A stretch of DNA of 64,000 nt from Candidatus Latescibacterota bacterium. Lineage in GTDB: Bacteria; Latescibacterota; UBA2968. Within the stretch, counting starts at the first letter, position 1. Every line of letters starts with the position of its first letter. The stretch is from assembly GCA_965205975.1 (NCBI GenBank), contig OZ242195.1, positions 1,920,001-1,984,000 of the forward strand, in the 5' to 3' direction. Made by a program: the position numbers and the translations under genes. Positions 50,864 through 61,147 of this stretch are shown piece after piece. The notes beneath the pieces are model-generated. The model did no database searches. It was not told the DNA's origin and saw only the letters and a program-made list of their open reading frames with translations.

Positions 50864-52588
50864 ATGGCGCAGAACGCCCTGCAACAAGTAACACAAGGCT
50901 CCTTTCCCGGCATGTGCCCGGTCAAGGATGCGCTGAATAAGCTGGCGCAAGCCGGAATTGAGGAACGCGGCGCAATTTTTACAAAGCGCGAGGTCGTCGA
51001 ATTCATCCTTGACCTTGCTGGCTATACCGCAGACCGGCCTTTGCACAAGATTCGCCTGCTTGAGCCTTCTTTTGGTGGTGGCGATTTTCTTCTTATCGCG
51101 ATCGAGCGCTTGCTCAAGGCCTGGGGCGAGCGAAAAGGTAAAACCGATCCGGGAGAAATGCTGACCAATGCCATTCGAGCTGTCGAGTTACATGACGATA
51201 CATTTCAGACAACGCGCGAGAAGGTCATCGCCGTGCTCAAGGCGGAAGGGCTTGAAACAAAGTCGGCCACGGCTCTTGCCGATACCTGGCTCATCAAAGA
51301 CGATTTTCTTCTCACGCCGATGCCGTTTGCGTTTGGTTGCGTAGTCGGCAATCCGCCTTATGTGCGGCAAGAACTGATTCCCGATGCGCTCATTGCCGAA
51401 TACCGCATTCGCTATACGACCATATTTGACCGCGCCGACCTCTATATCCCATTTATCGAACGTTCGCTCAACCTGCTGGAGCCGGGCGGTGCGCTTGGAT
51501 TTATCTGCGCTGACCGCTGGATGAAAAACCGTTATGGAGGACCGCTGCGCAAACTGACTGCTGATAAATTTCATTTAAAAATGTATGTCGATATGGTCGA
51601 TACACCGGCCTTCCATGCAGATGTTATTGCCTATCCAGCGATTACTATTATCGCCAATGAAAAGCCGGGCAAAACTCGCGTCGCGCGCCGTCCCGAGATT
51701 AAGCCAGCAACGCTCAAGGCTTTAAGCAAGACCCTGCTAGCAAAAGAAGAGCCTACCCCAGAGAGTGGGGTCAAGGAAATGACCGGAGTTGCGGCGAGCG
51801 TTGAGCCTTGGATATTGGAGTCATCCGACCAGCTTGCCCTTGTCCGGCGACTGGAGCGAGATTTCCCGCTAATCGAAGAGGTAGGGTGTAAAATCGGCAT
51901 CGGTGTCGCTACCGGTGCAGATCAAGCCTTTATCGGTCTCTATGACGAGTTGGATGTAGAGCCGAATCGCAAACTACCACTGGCGATGACCCGCGATATT
52001 CTCACAGGTACCGTCAAATGGCGCGGCTTTGGCGTCGTCAATCCGTTCGCCGATGAAGGAGGGCTTGTTGATCTAGCAAAATTCCCCAAACTCAAAACCT
52101 ATCTGGAAGCCCGAAAAGACCAAATAGCAAAACGACATATTGCAAAGAAATCACCTGCTAACTGGTATCGTACGATTGATCGTATCTATCCGGCCCTTGC
52201 CAGTAAGCCGAAACTGCTAATCCCTGATATCAAGGGCCAAGCCCATATCGTCTATGAATGCGGCAAGCTGTACCCGCACCACAACCTTTATTTTATCACA
52301 AGCGATGAATGGGATTTGCACGCGCTGCAAGCCGTGCTGCTATCGGGTATCGCCCGCCTGTTTGTATCGATCTATTCGACCCGGATGCGCGGCGGGTACT
52401 TGCGATTTCAGGCGCAATATCTGCGCCGTATCCGATTGCCTTACTGGCAAGACGTGGATGAAAAGCTCAAAAATGCTCTGAGGGAAGCTGCTAATCGCCG
52501 CGACATTGACGCCTGCAATGCGGCTGTATTCGAGTTCTATGGATTATCAAAGGACGAGCGGGCTGCACTCGGCGGCAGCGATAAATAA
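50864..52588 (+). CDS. Type II m6A DNA methyltransferase, PaeR7I/XhoI-like
   Basis: [43 protein letters not shown]. Confidence 0.88.
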   Translation: MAQNALQQVTQGSFPGMCPVKDALNKLAQAGIEERGAIFTKREVVEFILDLAGYTADRPLHKIRLLEPSFGGGDFLLIAIERLLKAWGERKGKTDPGEMLTNAIRAVELHDDTFQTTREKVIAVLKAEGLETKSATALADTWLIKDDFLLTPMPFAFGCVVGNPPYVRQELIPDALIAEYRIRYTTIFDRADLYIPFIERSLNLLEPGGALGFICADRWMKNRYGGPLRKLTADKFHLKMYVDMVDTPAFHADVIAYPAITIIANEKPGKTRVARRPEIKPATLKALSKTLLAKEEPTPESGVKEMTGVAASVEPWILESSDQLALVRRLERDFPLIEEVGCKIGIGVATGADQAFIGLYDELDVEPNRKLPLAMTRDILTGTVKWRGFGVVNPFADEGGLVDLAKFPKLKTYLEARKDQIAKRHIAKKSPANWYRTIDRIYPALASKPKLLIPDIKGQAHIVYECGKLYPHHNLYFITSDEWDLHALQAVLLSGIARLFVSIYSTRMRGGYLRFQAQYLRRIRLPYWQDVDEKLKNALREAANRRDIDACNAAVFEFYGLSKDERAALGGSDK

Positions 52589-52757
52589 GAGTCCCCTAAT
52601 AAAACCTTTTATGGCATTTAGGCTGAGTTCTATTACTTCTGAGTGTCGAGGTGAATATGCCGGAACACTATGTTGTGGGTAACAGATTGTAGCGTAGAGG
52701 GTGTAACACGCGGCGGTACCCGAGGATCAATGAGTTGGTGAACGGGGTCAGAGACTC
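52589..52757. mobile_element. Putative 169-bp MITE / IS5-like remnant
   Basis: Ends GAGTC...GACTC flanked on both sides by TAA (52586-88, 52758-60). Confidence 0.45.
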
Positions 52758-52779
52758 TAAGATCTAAGAAAGAATTTTT

Positions 52780-53046
52780 ATGGCGATTGATCTGGCAAAT
52801 TACGAACAAAAAGCACGTGAGGCAGTCCAGGCATTTTGGGGCCATCGCGAACAGGCGCGACAGAAACAGATCAACACTAGCAAGGCGGACCAAGGCGAGC
52901 GTGCCGGCGTCACTGCCGGAAAAAACATGGACGGGTTTTTGGCCTTGGTAATGGATATTGTCAAGGCCAATGGAGCAGTTGCTTATGCACATCTGGTTAT
53001 CCCACGAGGACAGATGCGGCCACCTCACCCAGAAAAAAATAAATAG
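52780..53046 (+). pseudogene. Truncated PaeR7I/XhoI-family restriction endonuclease
   Basis: [28 protein letters not shown] matches the family N-terminus; similarity ends after ~65 aa, before the catalytic core. Confidence 0.75.
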
Positions 53047-53129
53047 CCTGCTTGCACCGCTCTTCGGCCATGTGATTGGTTCTAAAATTCGCGCTCATCT
53101 TATACCGTATTTCACAATAGGTCTCCTTC

Positions 53130-54503
53130 CTACGCCCAATTCTTCGGCCAGTCAAAATGCTCGTTGATATCTTCCACGTATTTCATCGGCTCATTGGGTT
53201 CGATATTAAACAACGCGTCCAGCACCTCCACCCCGTGCTCGTAAGACCTTGTCTCTTTGCTCTCCAGCACACCAAATAGCATCATCGACTTATCGCCCGA
53301 CAAAACCGCCTCGAGCGTACGCTCCATATTGAGCCAATCGGGATAAATGCACTCCAGCATAATTTTTTTAGGCAATGGCGGCACGCGCAAAGGCTGAATC
53401 CCCTTCTTATTCACAATCGCGGGAACCTCCACCGCCACATCGTCGGGAATACCCGGCAACACGCCGTGATTGGGCACATTCACCTGAAACTGCCCTTCCA
53501 CATTGTTCACCAGCCCATTCATAATCGGAATATGCTGCTCGTGCGTCATCTGATCACCAAAAAGATCAACCGGCCGAATTTTCTCATCATAAGCCGCCGC
53601 CTTCATCTGCTCGTATTTTTTTGCCTTGCCCGCCAGCACCGCATCGCGGCCAGCCGGCGTGTCTTTACCGCCATTGGGATCATACCAGTATTTCCGCGCC
53701 TCCAAATCCGTATGATACCACCAGCCGCCCCGCCGGGGCGTATCGCCAATAGGCATCAAACCATACATTTTGTATTGATGAATCGATGCACGAGACATCT
53801 GCGTGGGAATCGCCTTGCCCTCTCGGGCCAACCGCTCCCAATACGCCTCGCTCTCCTCGGCAATCCATCGATCCAACTTCGGATACATATCCTCATTTTC
53901 ATAGATAAAATCCGTCATCCAGATATTGTGATTCAACCCCGGTGCCTGCCACGTCACCTCATCCGGGTCCAATCCCAATGTGCGCGCCACCCCCGCGTAG
54001 CCATAATGCCCGTGACACAACCCGCACACCTTGATCCCCGTCTCCCGCGTCATCAATGTAGTTCCGGCAAAAACTGGATTACCCGCCAGCAAAATCCACG
54101 CATCGGGACACAGCTTCTCCATATCCTGCGCCACATCCAGCATCAGTTGCAAATTGTGATACTCGGGCATCCCGGTCTTATCGTAAAAATAACCGAGCTT
54201 CGCCGTCATCTTGCGTCGCCGCTGCATAAAATACTCATTGTGCGTCACCGTCGCCGTATTAATCACAAAATCGGCATCCTTCAACGCAGCCTCCCTGCTC
54301 GTTGTCTTCTCAAACGTCATATCCGCGCTCAAATCCTCGGCATATCGCCGCCCGAGTTCGTAAATCACATCGAGCACTTCCTCGTTGATATCCATAAAAC
54401 AAACGTGGCTGCCATTCAACTCCTTTGTCAGACACAAATCCTTCACCAGACCGAGCGAAAACACCACGCTACCCGCACCAAAAATCGTCACCTTATTTGC
54501 CAT
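53130..54503 (-). CDS. Glycoside hydrolase family 4 (NAD+-dependent alpha-galactosidase/glucosidase)
   Basis: GAGSVVF, ALKDADFVI, NP, GLCHG, GLNH, AVEVPA. Confidence 0.9.
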   Translation of the reverse strand: MANKVTIFGAGSVVFSLGLVKDLCLTKELNGSHVCFMDINEEVLDVIYELGRRYAEDLSADMTFEKTTSREAALKDADFVINTATVTHNEYFMQRRRKMTAKLGYFYDKTGMPEYHNLQLMLDVAQDMEKLCPDAWILLAGNPVFAGTTLMTRETGIKVCGLCHGHYGYAGVARTLGLDPDEVTWQAPGLNHNIWMTDFIYENEDMYPKLDRWIAEESEAYWERLAREGKAIPTQMSRASIHQYKMYGLMPIGDTPRRGGWWYHTDLEARKYWYDPNGGKDTPAGRDAVLAGKAKKYEQMKAAAYDEKIRPVDLFGDQMTHEQHIPIMNGLVNNVEGQFQVNVPNHGVLPGIPDDVAVEVPAIVNKKGIQPLRVPPLPKKIMLECIYPDWLNMERTLEAVLSGDKSMMLFGVLESKETRSYEHGVEVLDALFNIEPNEPMKYVEDINEHFDWPKNWA

Positions 54504-54618
54504 TGCACACTCCCTATAAAAACATGAAAAACAGCACTCTCGCACAATTTACGACATAACATCTAAACCCGCCAGTCATTCAGAAACAGGTCTTATGATA
54601 AAAAACAGCGCAAAGACC

Positions 54619-54646
54619 TTGACTTGATGTGTAATATATGTATAAT
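54619..54646 (+). promoter_or_regulatory. Sigma70-type promoter of TA locus
   Basis: TTGACT-16 nt-TATAAT, overlapping the TATAATTATA palindrome. Confidence 0.6.
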
Positions 54647-54840
54647 TATATGTATCGAAATATGTCAATCAATATGAAATTGTGTAAAGTAAGGAAAGTA
54701 GTGTTGTGAATATAGATTACGTAAATACCCCTTCTGATATTGCAGAAGCAATTGAACAGGCAGAAATCATTGAGGACTTTCTGCCATCACTCTATCAACT
54801 TGATCTGAAGGAAGCGACGGGGAACAGGTTTGATTCTTTC

Positions 54841-55141
54841 ATGGTCAGAGAAAAAAGCCCTATAACAAACTTTGAGTGGGATTCTCAAAAGGACATTATT
54901 AATCAGTCTAAACACCAGGTCTCATTTTCCGAGGCCCAGCTTGCGTTTAGGGATTCTCATCGCATCATCGCCGTTGACCATAAACACAGCACACCTGAAG
55001 AAACGCGATATTTTTGTTTTGGAAGGGTTGGAGGATCGCGTCTTAACAGTTCGATTTACCTATCGGACAGACAACATTCGCATATTCGGTGCCGGTTATT
55101 GGCGCGAAGGAAGGAAGCGTTATGAGCAAGAAAAAATATGA
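54841..55141 (+). pseudogene. brnT: BrnT-family toxin, frameshifted near 55030
   Basis: FEWDSQK...KHQVSFSEA...HST.EETRYFCFG then switches frame to RVLTVRFTYR..IRIFGAGYWREGRKRYE. Confidence 0.8.
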
Positions 55142-55367
55142 GAAAGCACCTTCTGATATTGCAGAAGCGATCGAACAGGCAGAAATCATTGAGGATTTTC
55201 TACCGCCACCTGATCAACTCGTCCTCAAAGAAGAGACCGTAAGGATCACACTGAACCTCAACAAAAAGAGTGTCGATTTCTTCAAGCTAAGAGCAAAAGA
55301 AAACGGCATTCCCTATCAGCGTATGATCCGCAAAGTGCTCGATATTTACGCCGAGCGATTTGTATAA
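55122..55367 (+). CDS. BrnA/CopG-like antitoxin
   Basis: DFLPPPDQLV..TVRITLNL..VDFFK..IPYQRMIR; overlaps toxin 3' end. Confidence 0.8.
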   Translation: MSKKKYEKAPSDIAEAIEQAEIIEDFLPPPDQLVLKEETVRITLNLNKKSVDFFKLRAKENGIPYQRMIRKVLDIYAERFV

Positions 55368-55408
55368 ACCGCTCCGAATTGTGATCTCTCCTAACCAATC
55401 GTATAGAC

Positions 55409-56197
55409 TCAACGATTCAGACGTCTTTTCCATTCATCGCCATCAAATTGCGGGTGATACACCTCGCTGAAAAACCGACGGTGTTCTGGCGAAAGTGAAT
55501 TGAGCATCTCGCCAGTAAAACCGGGTTTGTGATGGCGCACATTGATGTGATTATAAGCGTAAAACAGAGCCATCCTCGGCACATCCTGCGTCCATACACA
55601 AGACGTATGGCGCACCGCCTCGGAAAAAACCAGCAGAGAACCCGGCGGACAGCCATACGTATCCCACACCCCCGAATCGGGATCGTCGAACAAAGGCAGC
55701 TTTTTCCTGTAATTGGACTTGTGGCTCCCCGGAATAAACGCCGTCCCACCTTTCCCCTTCTCCACGCCATTTAATTCCCAAACCACCCTCGTCATACCGG
55801 AGTAAATCCGCCCATCGTGGTACTGATAGCTATAATTGGGATTCACGGACTTACCCCCGGCATGCGGCGTCCATCCCCTGTGATTATCTCCCTTGAAGCG
55901 ATAAGACAAAAACGCGCCTTCCAGGCGGATCTTCTCAGTCTCATCGTCGATAACCGTATGTAACACCCGCATAATCGCCGGATGATCGATCAATTTCGAC
56001 GCTGGACCACCTGGCAAACAACGCGCCTCGGGCGGCAGAGACGCTTTATCGGTACGCAATTTCTCACACTGTTCCACAATCGGCGCAATCTCATCCTCGC
56101 TCAAAACAGCCGGAAAAAGAATATACCCTTTCAGATCAAACATCACGGTCTCTTTCTCCGTCAAAGTCGGCGTCCACTCTTTAGTCGAAATACCCAT
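55409..56197 (-). CDS. PhyH-like Fe/2OG protein with HxG motif
   Basis: FDLKGY, LIDHP, PHAGG, RVVWEL, PGSHK, PPGSLLVFSEAVRH. Confidence 0.82.
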   Translation of the reverse strand: MGISTKEWTPTLTEKETVMFDLKGYILFPAVLSEDEIAPIVEQCEKLRTDKASLPPEARCLPGGPASKLIDHPAIMRVLHTVIDDETEKIRLEGAFLSYRFKGDNHRGWTPHAGGKSVNPNYSYQYHDGRIYSGMTRVVWELNGVEKGKGGTAFIPGSHKSNYRKKLPLFDDPDSGVWDTYGCPPGSLLVFSEAVRHTSCVWTQDVPRMALFYAYNHINVRHHKPGFTGEMLNSLSPEHRRFFSEVYHPQFDGDEWKRRLNR

Positions 56198-56320
56198 CGC
56201 AAACCTCCTGTCTTCCGGTCAACGGTCAGTAGCCAGCCTTGTTCCCGTCCCCTTCTTCCAATTTTTAATTCCTAATGAACTGGTCTGAACAGCGACCAGT
56301 TGTACATCACTCCCTAATTT

Positions 56321-57628
56321 TTAATTGCGTTCCACCCACCATTTGTCCCGATGCTTTTCAGCCAACACCTTGAGTTCTTGCGCCACCTCGGGATACTCGT
56401 CAATCACATTCGTCGTCTCGTAGGGATCGTTCTCCATATCGAAAAGCGACAACTCGATATGCGCGGTCTCGTATCGCCCTGGCTCTCCGTCATTGCCCAC
56501 TTCTACAAGCGTGCGATAATCGTGTGGCAAATGCAACTTCCACTTGCCATCGCCACTGACCACCCCATCGAAATTCCGCCCGGTTGACACCGGATAATAC
56601 ACATGCGAATTCGTCGCACCCGGCTGGCACGTCACAATATCCCAAACATCGACCCCATCAATCGTATAATCCGGCAAATCCGCCCCCGCCAACTTCGCAA
56701 ACGTCGGCAAAAAATCCACCGAACAAAATGCCTGATGCGATACCTCACCCGCTGGAATGCCATTGGGATAGTGCATCACACACGCCGAACGCGTACCCCC
56801 GTCAAAACCCGTACCCTTCGCCTCGCGATACGGTGTCTTTCCCGCGTGATTGCCATAAGAAATCCACGGACCATTATCCGATGTAAAAACCACAACCGTA
56901 TCATCTGCCACACCCGCTTCTTCAAGCGCGTTCATAATCTCCCCCACCGACCAATCGATCTCCATCATCACATCGGCATACAAACCCTCCCCCGATTTTC
57001 CGTCAAACTTATCGCTGCAAAACAGTGGCACATGCGGCATATTGTGGGGTACATACAGAAAAAACGGCTCACCGGCATGACGCCCGATAAAATCGACCGC
57101 ATGCTCTGTGTACCACGTCGTCAGCATCTTCTGCTGCTCTGGCGACACATCGTCAATAACGATCTCTCCATTTTTCCAGAACTGCAAACCAAACTTATCG
57201 AAATTCCTGCTCTGCGGATGGTATCTCCACATATCATTGGAATACATCAAACCCGACGACTCGTCAAAACCCCGAGCGGGCGGGCGCGTATCCTCGTGAT
57301 CCCCAATATGCCACTTGCCAAACACGCCTGTTGCATAACCCACGGGCTTGAGCACCTCGGCAATCGTGGCAAAACTCGGATCCAAACCCCGCGCCCGGGG
57401 CGGAATCGCGCCATAAACCTTATGCCTGCCCGGATAACATCCCGTCAACAACGAAGCTCGCGACGCCGAACAAACCGCCTGAGGTACGTAAAACTGGTGA
57501 TAACAACATCCCCCTGCAGCCAATTTCTCCACATTGGGCGTCGGATACGCCGTCTCTCCAAATGGCCGAAAATCTGCCCATCCAGAATCATCTAAAAAAA
57601 TCACCACAAAATTTGGTCTTCGGTTCAA
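56321..57628 (-). CDS. Arylsulfatase (Cys-type)
   Basis: PNFVVIFLDD, CSASR, GKWHIG, YSNDM, SDNGPW. Confidence 0.93.
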   Translation of the reverse strand: MNRRPNFVVIFLDDSGWADFRPFGETAYPTPNVEKLAAGGCCYHQFYVPQAVCSASRASLLTGCYPGRHKVYGAIPPRARGLDPSFATIAEVLKPVGYATGVFGKWHIGDHEDTRPPARGFDESSGLMYSNDMWRYHPQSRNFDKFGLQFWKNGEIVIDDVSPEQQKMLTTWYTEHAVDFIGRHAGEPFFLYVPHNMPHVPLFCSDKFDGKSGEGLYADVMMEIDWSVGEIMNALEEAGVADDTVVVFTSDNGPWISYGNHAGKTPYREAKGTGFDGGTRSACVMHYPNGIPAGEVSHQAFCSVDFLPTFAKLAGADLPDYTIDGVDVWDIVTCQPGATNSHVYYPVSTGRNFDGVVSGDGKWKLHLPHDYRTLVEVGNDGEPGRYETAHIELSLFDMENDPYETTNVIDEYPEVAQELKVLAEKHRDKWWVERN

Positions 57629-57736
57629 GATATGATCCTCCTTTTTACAGTATGCATTGTTCTTGACGACAACGCCCTACTACCCGATTATTATAGAACG
57701 AACTTGCTTTATCAGTCAATCTCCATGGAGCTTTCA

Positions 57737-58639
57737 ATGGCAACCATCTACGAAAAAGCCACCTCTCGCGTTACCGAAGACGACGTGGCCTTTTATCGCG
57801 AAAATGGATACCTCGTAATCCCCGATGCACTCACCCCCGAAGAAGTCGAAACCCTGCGCGACGAAACCACCGCTCTGTGCCGCGGGGAGCGCGGCGACAT
57901 AGGCAATTTACCAGCCGTCTCGCCCGACGATACCGATGAGGATGTAATCAAACGCATCCTATGTATCCACCACGTACATAGAATCTCGCCCATCATGTAC
58001 GACGCGCTATCCCATCCCGTAATGGTCGATGGCCTCACCAGCGTCATCGGACCCAATGTCAAATGCATGCAATCCATGCTCTTCATCAAAAGCGCGGGAA
58101 AACCCGGACAAGCATGGCATCAGGATGAAATCTACATCCCCACCCGCGACCGGTCGCTCACGGGCGGCTGGTTTGCCCTTGACGATGCCACCACTGAAAA
58201 CGGCTGCTTGTGGGTCATTCCCGGCTCGCACAAACGCGGCATATTGTGGCCCCAACACGTACAGCACGACAAGCGCTTTGACTGCGCCCATGAAACCTTC
58301 CGGTTTCCCTATACAGATGACGACGCCATCCCCGTCGAAGTCAAAACCGGTGCGCTCGTCTTCTTTCACGGCTACCTGCTCCACCGCTCGTTCCCCAACC
58401 GCGCCAAATCCGGCTTCCGTCGCGTACTCGTCAATCACTACATGAGCGCGGAATCCCTCCTCCCCTGGCGCAATTTGAAACCCGGCGAACGCATGGCAAC
58501 CGCAGACATGCGAGAAATCATCATGATCGCAGGCGAAGATCCCTATGCGTACAAAGGCACCAAAATAACGGGACAACCGAATGTGCGCACGGCTGGCGAT
58601 GGCGGATGCGGCGACGGCAGGCAAGACGTGCGATCCTGA
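57737..58639 (+). CDS. PhyH family dioxygenase
   Basis: FYRENGY, QSMLFIK, WHQD, NGCLWVIPGSH, LLHRS. Confidence 0.92.
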   Translation: MATIYEKATSRVTEDDVAFYRENGYLVIPDALTPEEVETLRDETTALCRGERGDIGNLPAVSPDDTDEDVIKRILCIHHVHRISPIMYDALSHPVMVDGLTSVIGPNVKCMQSMLFIKSAGKPGQAWHQDEIYIPTRDRSLTGGWFALDDATTENGCLWVIPGSHKRGILWPQHVQHDKRFDCAHETFRFPYTDDDAIPVEVKTGALVFFHGYLLHRSFPNRAKSGFRRVLVNHYMSAESLLPWRNLKPGERMATADMREIIMIAGEDPYAYKGTKITGQPNVRTAGDGGCGDGRQDVRS

Positions 58640-58644
58640 AACGC

Positions 58645-60060
58645 TCACTGGTACTGATCGCCCGGCGCGGGTTGGTACGTTTTCGCAATCTCCGGGTCGG
58701 TCTCTGTATCCTCAATCAGTTCCAAAAGCGCCCTGTGCAACCGCCTTGCTGCTTCGGGATGCTCGACAATCACATTGTTTTCCTGGCCGGAATCTTCTGG
58801 CATATAAAACAACTCATCCATGCGGCGCTCTGGCATATTGCGACAATCGTAGCGCTCGGTGCGAATCGGTTTGGGTCCCTTGTATTTCAAATCTTTATTC
58901 GGCCAATACACCAGCGTCCAGGTGCCATCGGTTATCGTAGCAGGCACAGTACCCCAGCTATCATTCAAATTGCGCCCGCTAATTGCAAAATCCCGGTGCT
59001 TCACCGTCTTGCCCGACAAAACATCGGCAAATGCTTCCCCCTGCACGCCATTGGGCACATCCAATCCCGCCAATTCGCAAAGCGTCGGAAACACATCCAC
59101 CGGCTGCACCAGACTATTCACCTGTTTGCCCGCCATCGCCCCATCCGGATGATACACCATAAACGGGATATGAACCATCGGATCGTAAAGCTGCCCCCAA
59201 TCTCCCCAGGGCTTGCCCTGCAAACCGTGGTCGCCAAAATAGTGTCCGTGATCTGCCATCAGCAAAAAAACCGTATTCTCCTTTAAGCCCAACACATCTA
59301 TCGTATCCCACAACATCCCCAACCACCGATCCGTCATCGTCACCTCAGCCGCGTATAACGCGCGCACATGGTTGAGTTCCTCATCCGTCATATAATTGCT
59401 GAACCCATAACACGGATAAATAAGCTCATCGCCTTCATAACCCGGATCGTACATATCCACATAATACTGTGGCGGATCCCACGGCTCGTGCGGATCCCAC
59501 GAATCAATCCACAGAAAAAACCCATCCTTCACATAATTCCGCTCCAGCCAGTGCATCGCCTCGGTAAACACGCGGGGACCCAGATAATCCGATTCAAACA
59601 AACGCCCGCGCTGATTCGCCAGATAGCGCATCACCCCGGATTTTACTTTATCCTCACTGGCCGGCCATTTGATCTCCTGCAATTCATCGCTAATCCACGG
59701 CTCACCCCCCTGCCCGCGAATCCACGAAATAGAACCAAATCCGCGATCCAAAAAATTGCCCTGGGTCATAAACATCGGCGTATCAAAAACCAGCCCCGTT
59801 GTGTACCCCGCACGCCGAAAACGCTCGGCCATCGTGGGCAAATTCTGTTCCATTTTATCCCATGTATTAAACGGATGCCCCCACCGTCCCGTAAACAAAT
59901 CGCGTCGGCACGGCAGGGTTGGAAACGACCCCGAATACGCCTTTGAAAACACCAGCGACTCACGCGCGATGCGGTTCATATTCGGCGTCCTTGCCCGGTC
60001 GCCATAAGCACCCACGTGATCTGCCCGCAACGAATCCAGCATCACACAAATAACGTTCAT
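58645..60060 (-). CDS. Sulfatase-like hydrolase with Thr at the nucleophile position
   Basis: LDSLRAD, TLPCR in place of CxPxR, DPHEPW, ADHG; start at ATG 60060 after GAGGAG. Confidence 0.85.
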   Translation of the reverse strand: MNVICVMLDSLRADHVGAYGDRARTPNMNRIARESLVFSKAYSGSFPTLPCRRDLFTGRWGHPFNTWDKMEQNLPTMAERFRRAGYTTGLVFDTPMFMTQGNFLDRGFGSISWIRGQGGEPWISDELQEIKWPASEDKVKSGVMRYLANQRGRLFESDYLGPRVFTEAMHWLERNYVKDGFFLWIDSWDPHEPWDPPQYYVDMYDPGYEGDELIYPCYGFSNYMTDEELNHVRALYAAEVTMTDRWLGMLWDTIDVLGLKENTVFLLMADHGHYFGDHGLQGKPWGDWGQLYDPMVHIPFMVYHPDGAMAGKQVNSLVQPVDVFPTLCELAGLDVPNGVQGEAFADVLSGKTVKHRDFAISGRNLNDSWGTVPATITDGTWTLVYWPNKDLKYKGPKPIRTERYDCRNMPERRMDELFYMPEDSGQENNVIVEHPEAARRLHRALLELIEDTETDPEIAKTYQPAPGDQYQ

Positions 60061-60076
60061 ATATTTCTCCTCATTC

Positions 60077-61060
60077 TCAAAGATGCCCAACGCCTCGCAA
60101 CACAGCCTCTTGAACCAGCAACTCGTGTTCATAAGATCGATCCGGCGCGCGCTCACCCCGAATAGCCGGTAAAAACGCCTCCAATTCCAGATCGTACAAA
60201 TCCTGCCGAGATTGTTGCGCCACATCGACAAATTGAACACCCGCTTCATACCCATCGCGCGCCTCGTCCAAACACAGGCGGATTTTCTCCGCAGGCTCCA
60301 TCGGCTCCATAATCGCACTGCCCTTTGTGCCATACACCTCAAACCGACGCGCGTTGGGCCGCGGCTCCAGCGCCGCAATATCGACAATGGCAATCGCCCG
60401 CTCAAATTCAAAAATACCCACCCCATTATCAGTAAATCCCTCAACCTCGCGCATATCGTCGCGCAAAAACGGCGTCACGCGCTCGGGCCTTCCCAAAAGA
60501 TGGACAACCTGATCGAGCTGATGCCCACACAAATCGAAAAACACCCCACCCTGATGCACTACAACCCTTTCTTTTTGCACCTTACCCAAAAACGTGGACA
60601 TATGCGCCCGAACCGCAAACACATCGCCCAAAAAACCCGAATGCACCCACTCTGCGATCTTGCGATACCCATCGTGATACCGAAACATGTACCCCATCTG
60701 AATCAACAAATCCCCCTCCCGTGCCCGCGCGATAATCCGCTGCCACTGATCCCAATTCTCACCAGCGGGCTTATCGTACCACACGTGCTTGCCCGCCCGA
60801 ATAATGGCCTCAGTCTGATCCAGACTCTCGACATTTGCACCCTCTGATGCAACAGCCACAATTTCATCATCGTCCAGCATCTCCGCTTCAGACTCAAACC
60901 AATAAACGCCTTCATAACCGCCCGATTGCACCACCTCCTCGCGACGGCTCTCATCGGGTTCGAACACACCAACCACCTCCACCTCAGCATTGGTTTGCAT
61001 CGACCGCAATTTGCCAGCTGCGTGACCGTGTTTTGTTCCGTATTGCGCCATTTTAATCAT
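60077..61060 (-). CDS. Gfo/Idh/MocA oxidoreductase
   Basis: DKPAG, GYMFRY, GGVFFDLCGH, FEVYGTKG. Confidence 0.88.
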   Translation of the reverse strand: MIKMAQYGTKHGHAAGKLRSMQTNAEVEVVGVFEPDESRREEVVQSGGYEGVYWFESEAEMLDDDEIVAVASEGANVESLDQTEAIIRAGKHVWYDKPAGENWDQWQRIIARAREGDLLIQMGYMFRYHDGYRKIAEWVHSGFLGDVFAVRAHMSTFLGKVQKERVVVHQGGVFFDLCGHQLDQVVHLLGRPERVTPFLRDDMREVEGFTDNGVGIFEFERAIAIVDIAALEPRPNARRFEVYGTKGSAIMEPMEPAEKIRLCLDEARDGYEAGVQFVDVAQQSRQDLYDLELEAFLPAIRGERAPDRSYEHELLVQEAVLRGVGHL

Positions 61061-61077
61061 TTGTCGTTCTCCTTTTG

Positions 61078-61143
61078 AACGGGTTCGAAACCCGTTCCTA
61101 CATTACATATTGCGTACGGGCAGGCACGAGGCACTGCCCCTAC
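61078..61143 (-). repeat. Two GTAG-type REP-like hairpins
   Basis: Minus strand GTAGGGGCAGTGCCTCGTGCCTGCCC and GTAGGAACGGGTTTCGAACCCGTT. Confidence 0.65.
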
Positions 61144-61147
61144 ATTT

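Noticed and set aside
60061..60444. N-terminal 127-aa extension of the sulfatase-like ORF
   Set aside because: Overlaps the upstream oxidoreductase in another frame; RBS and family start point to ATG 60060.
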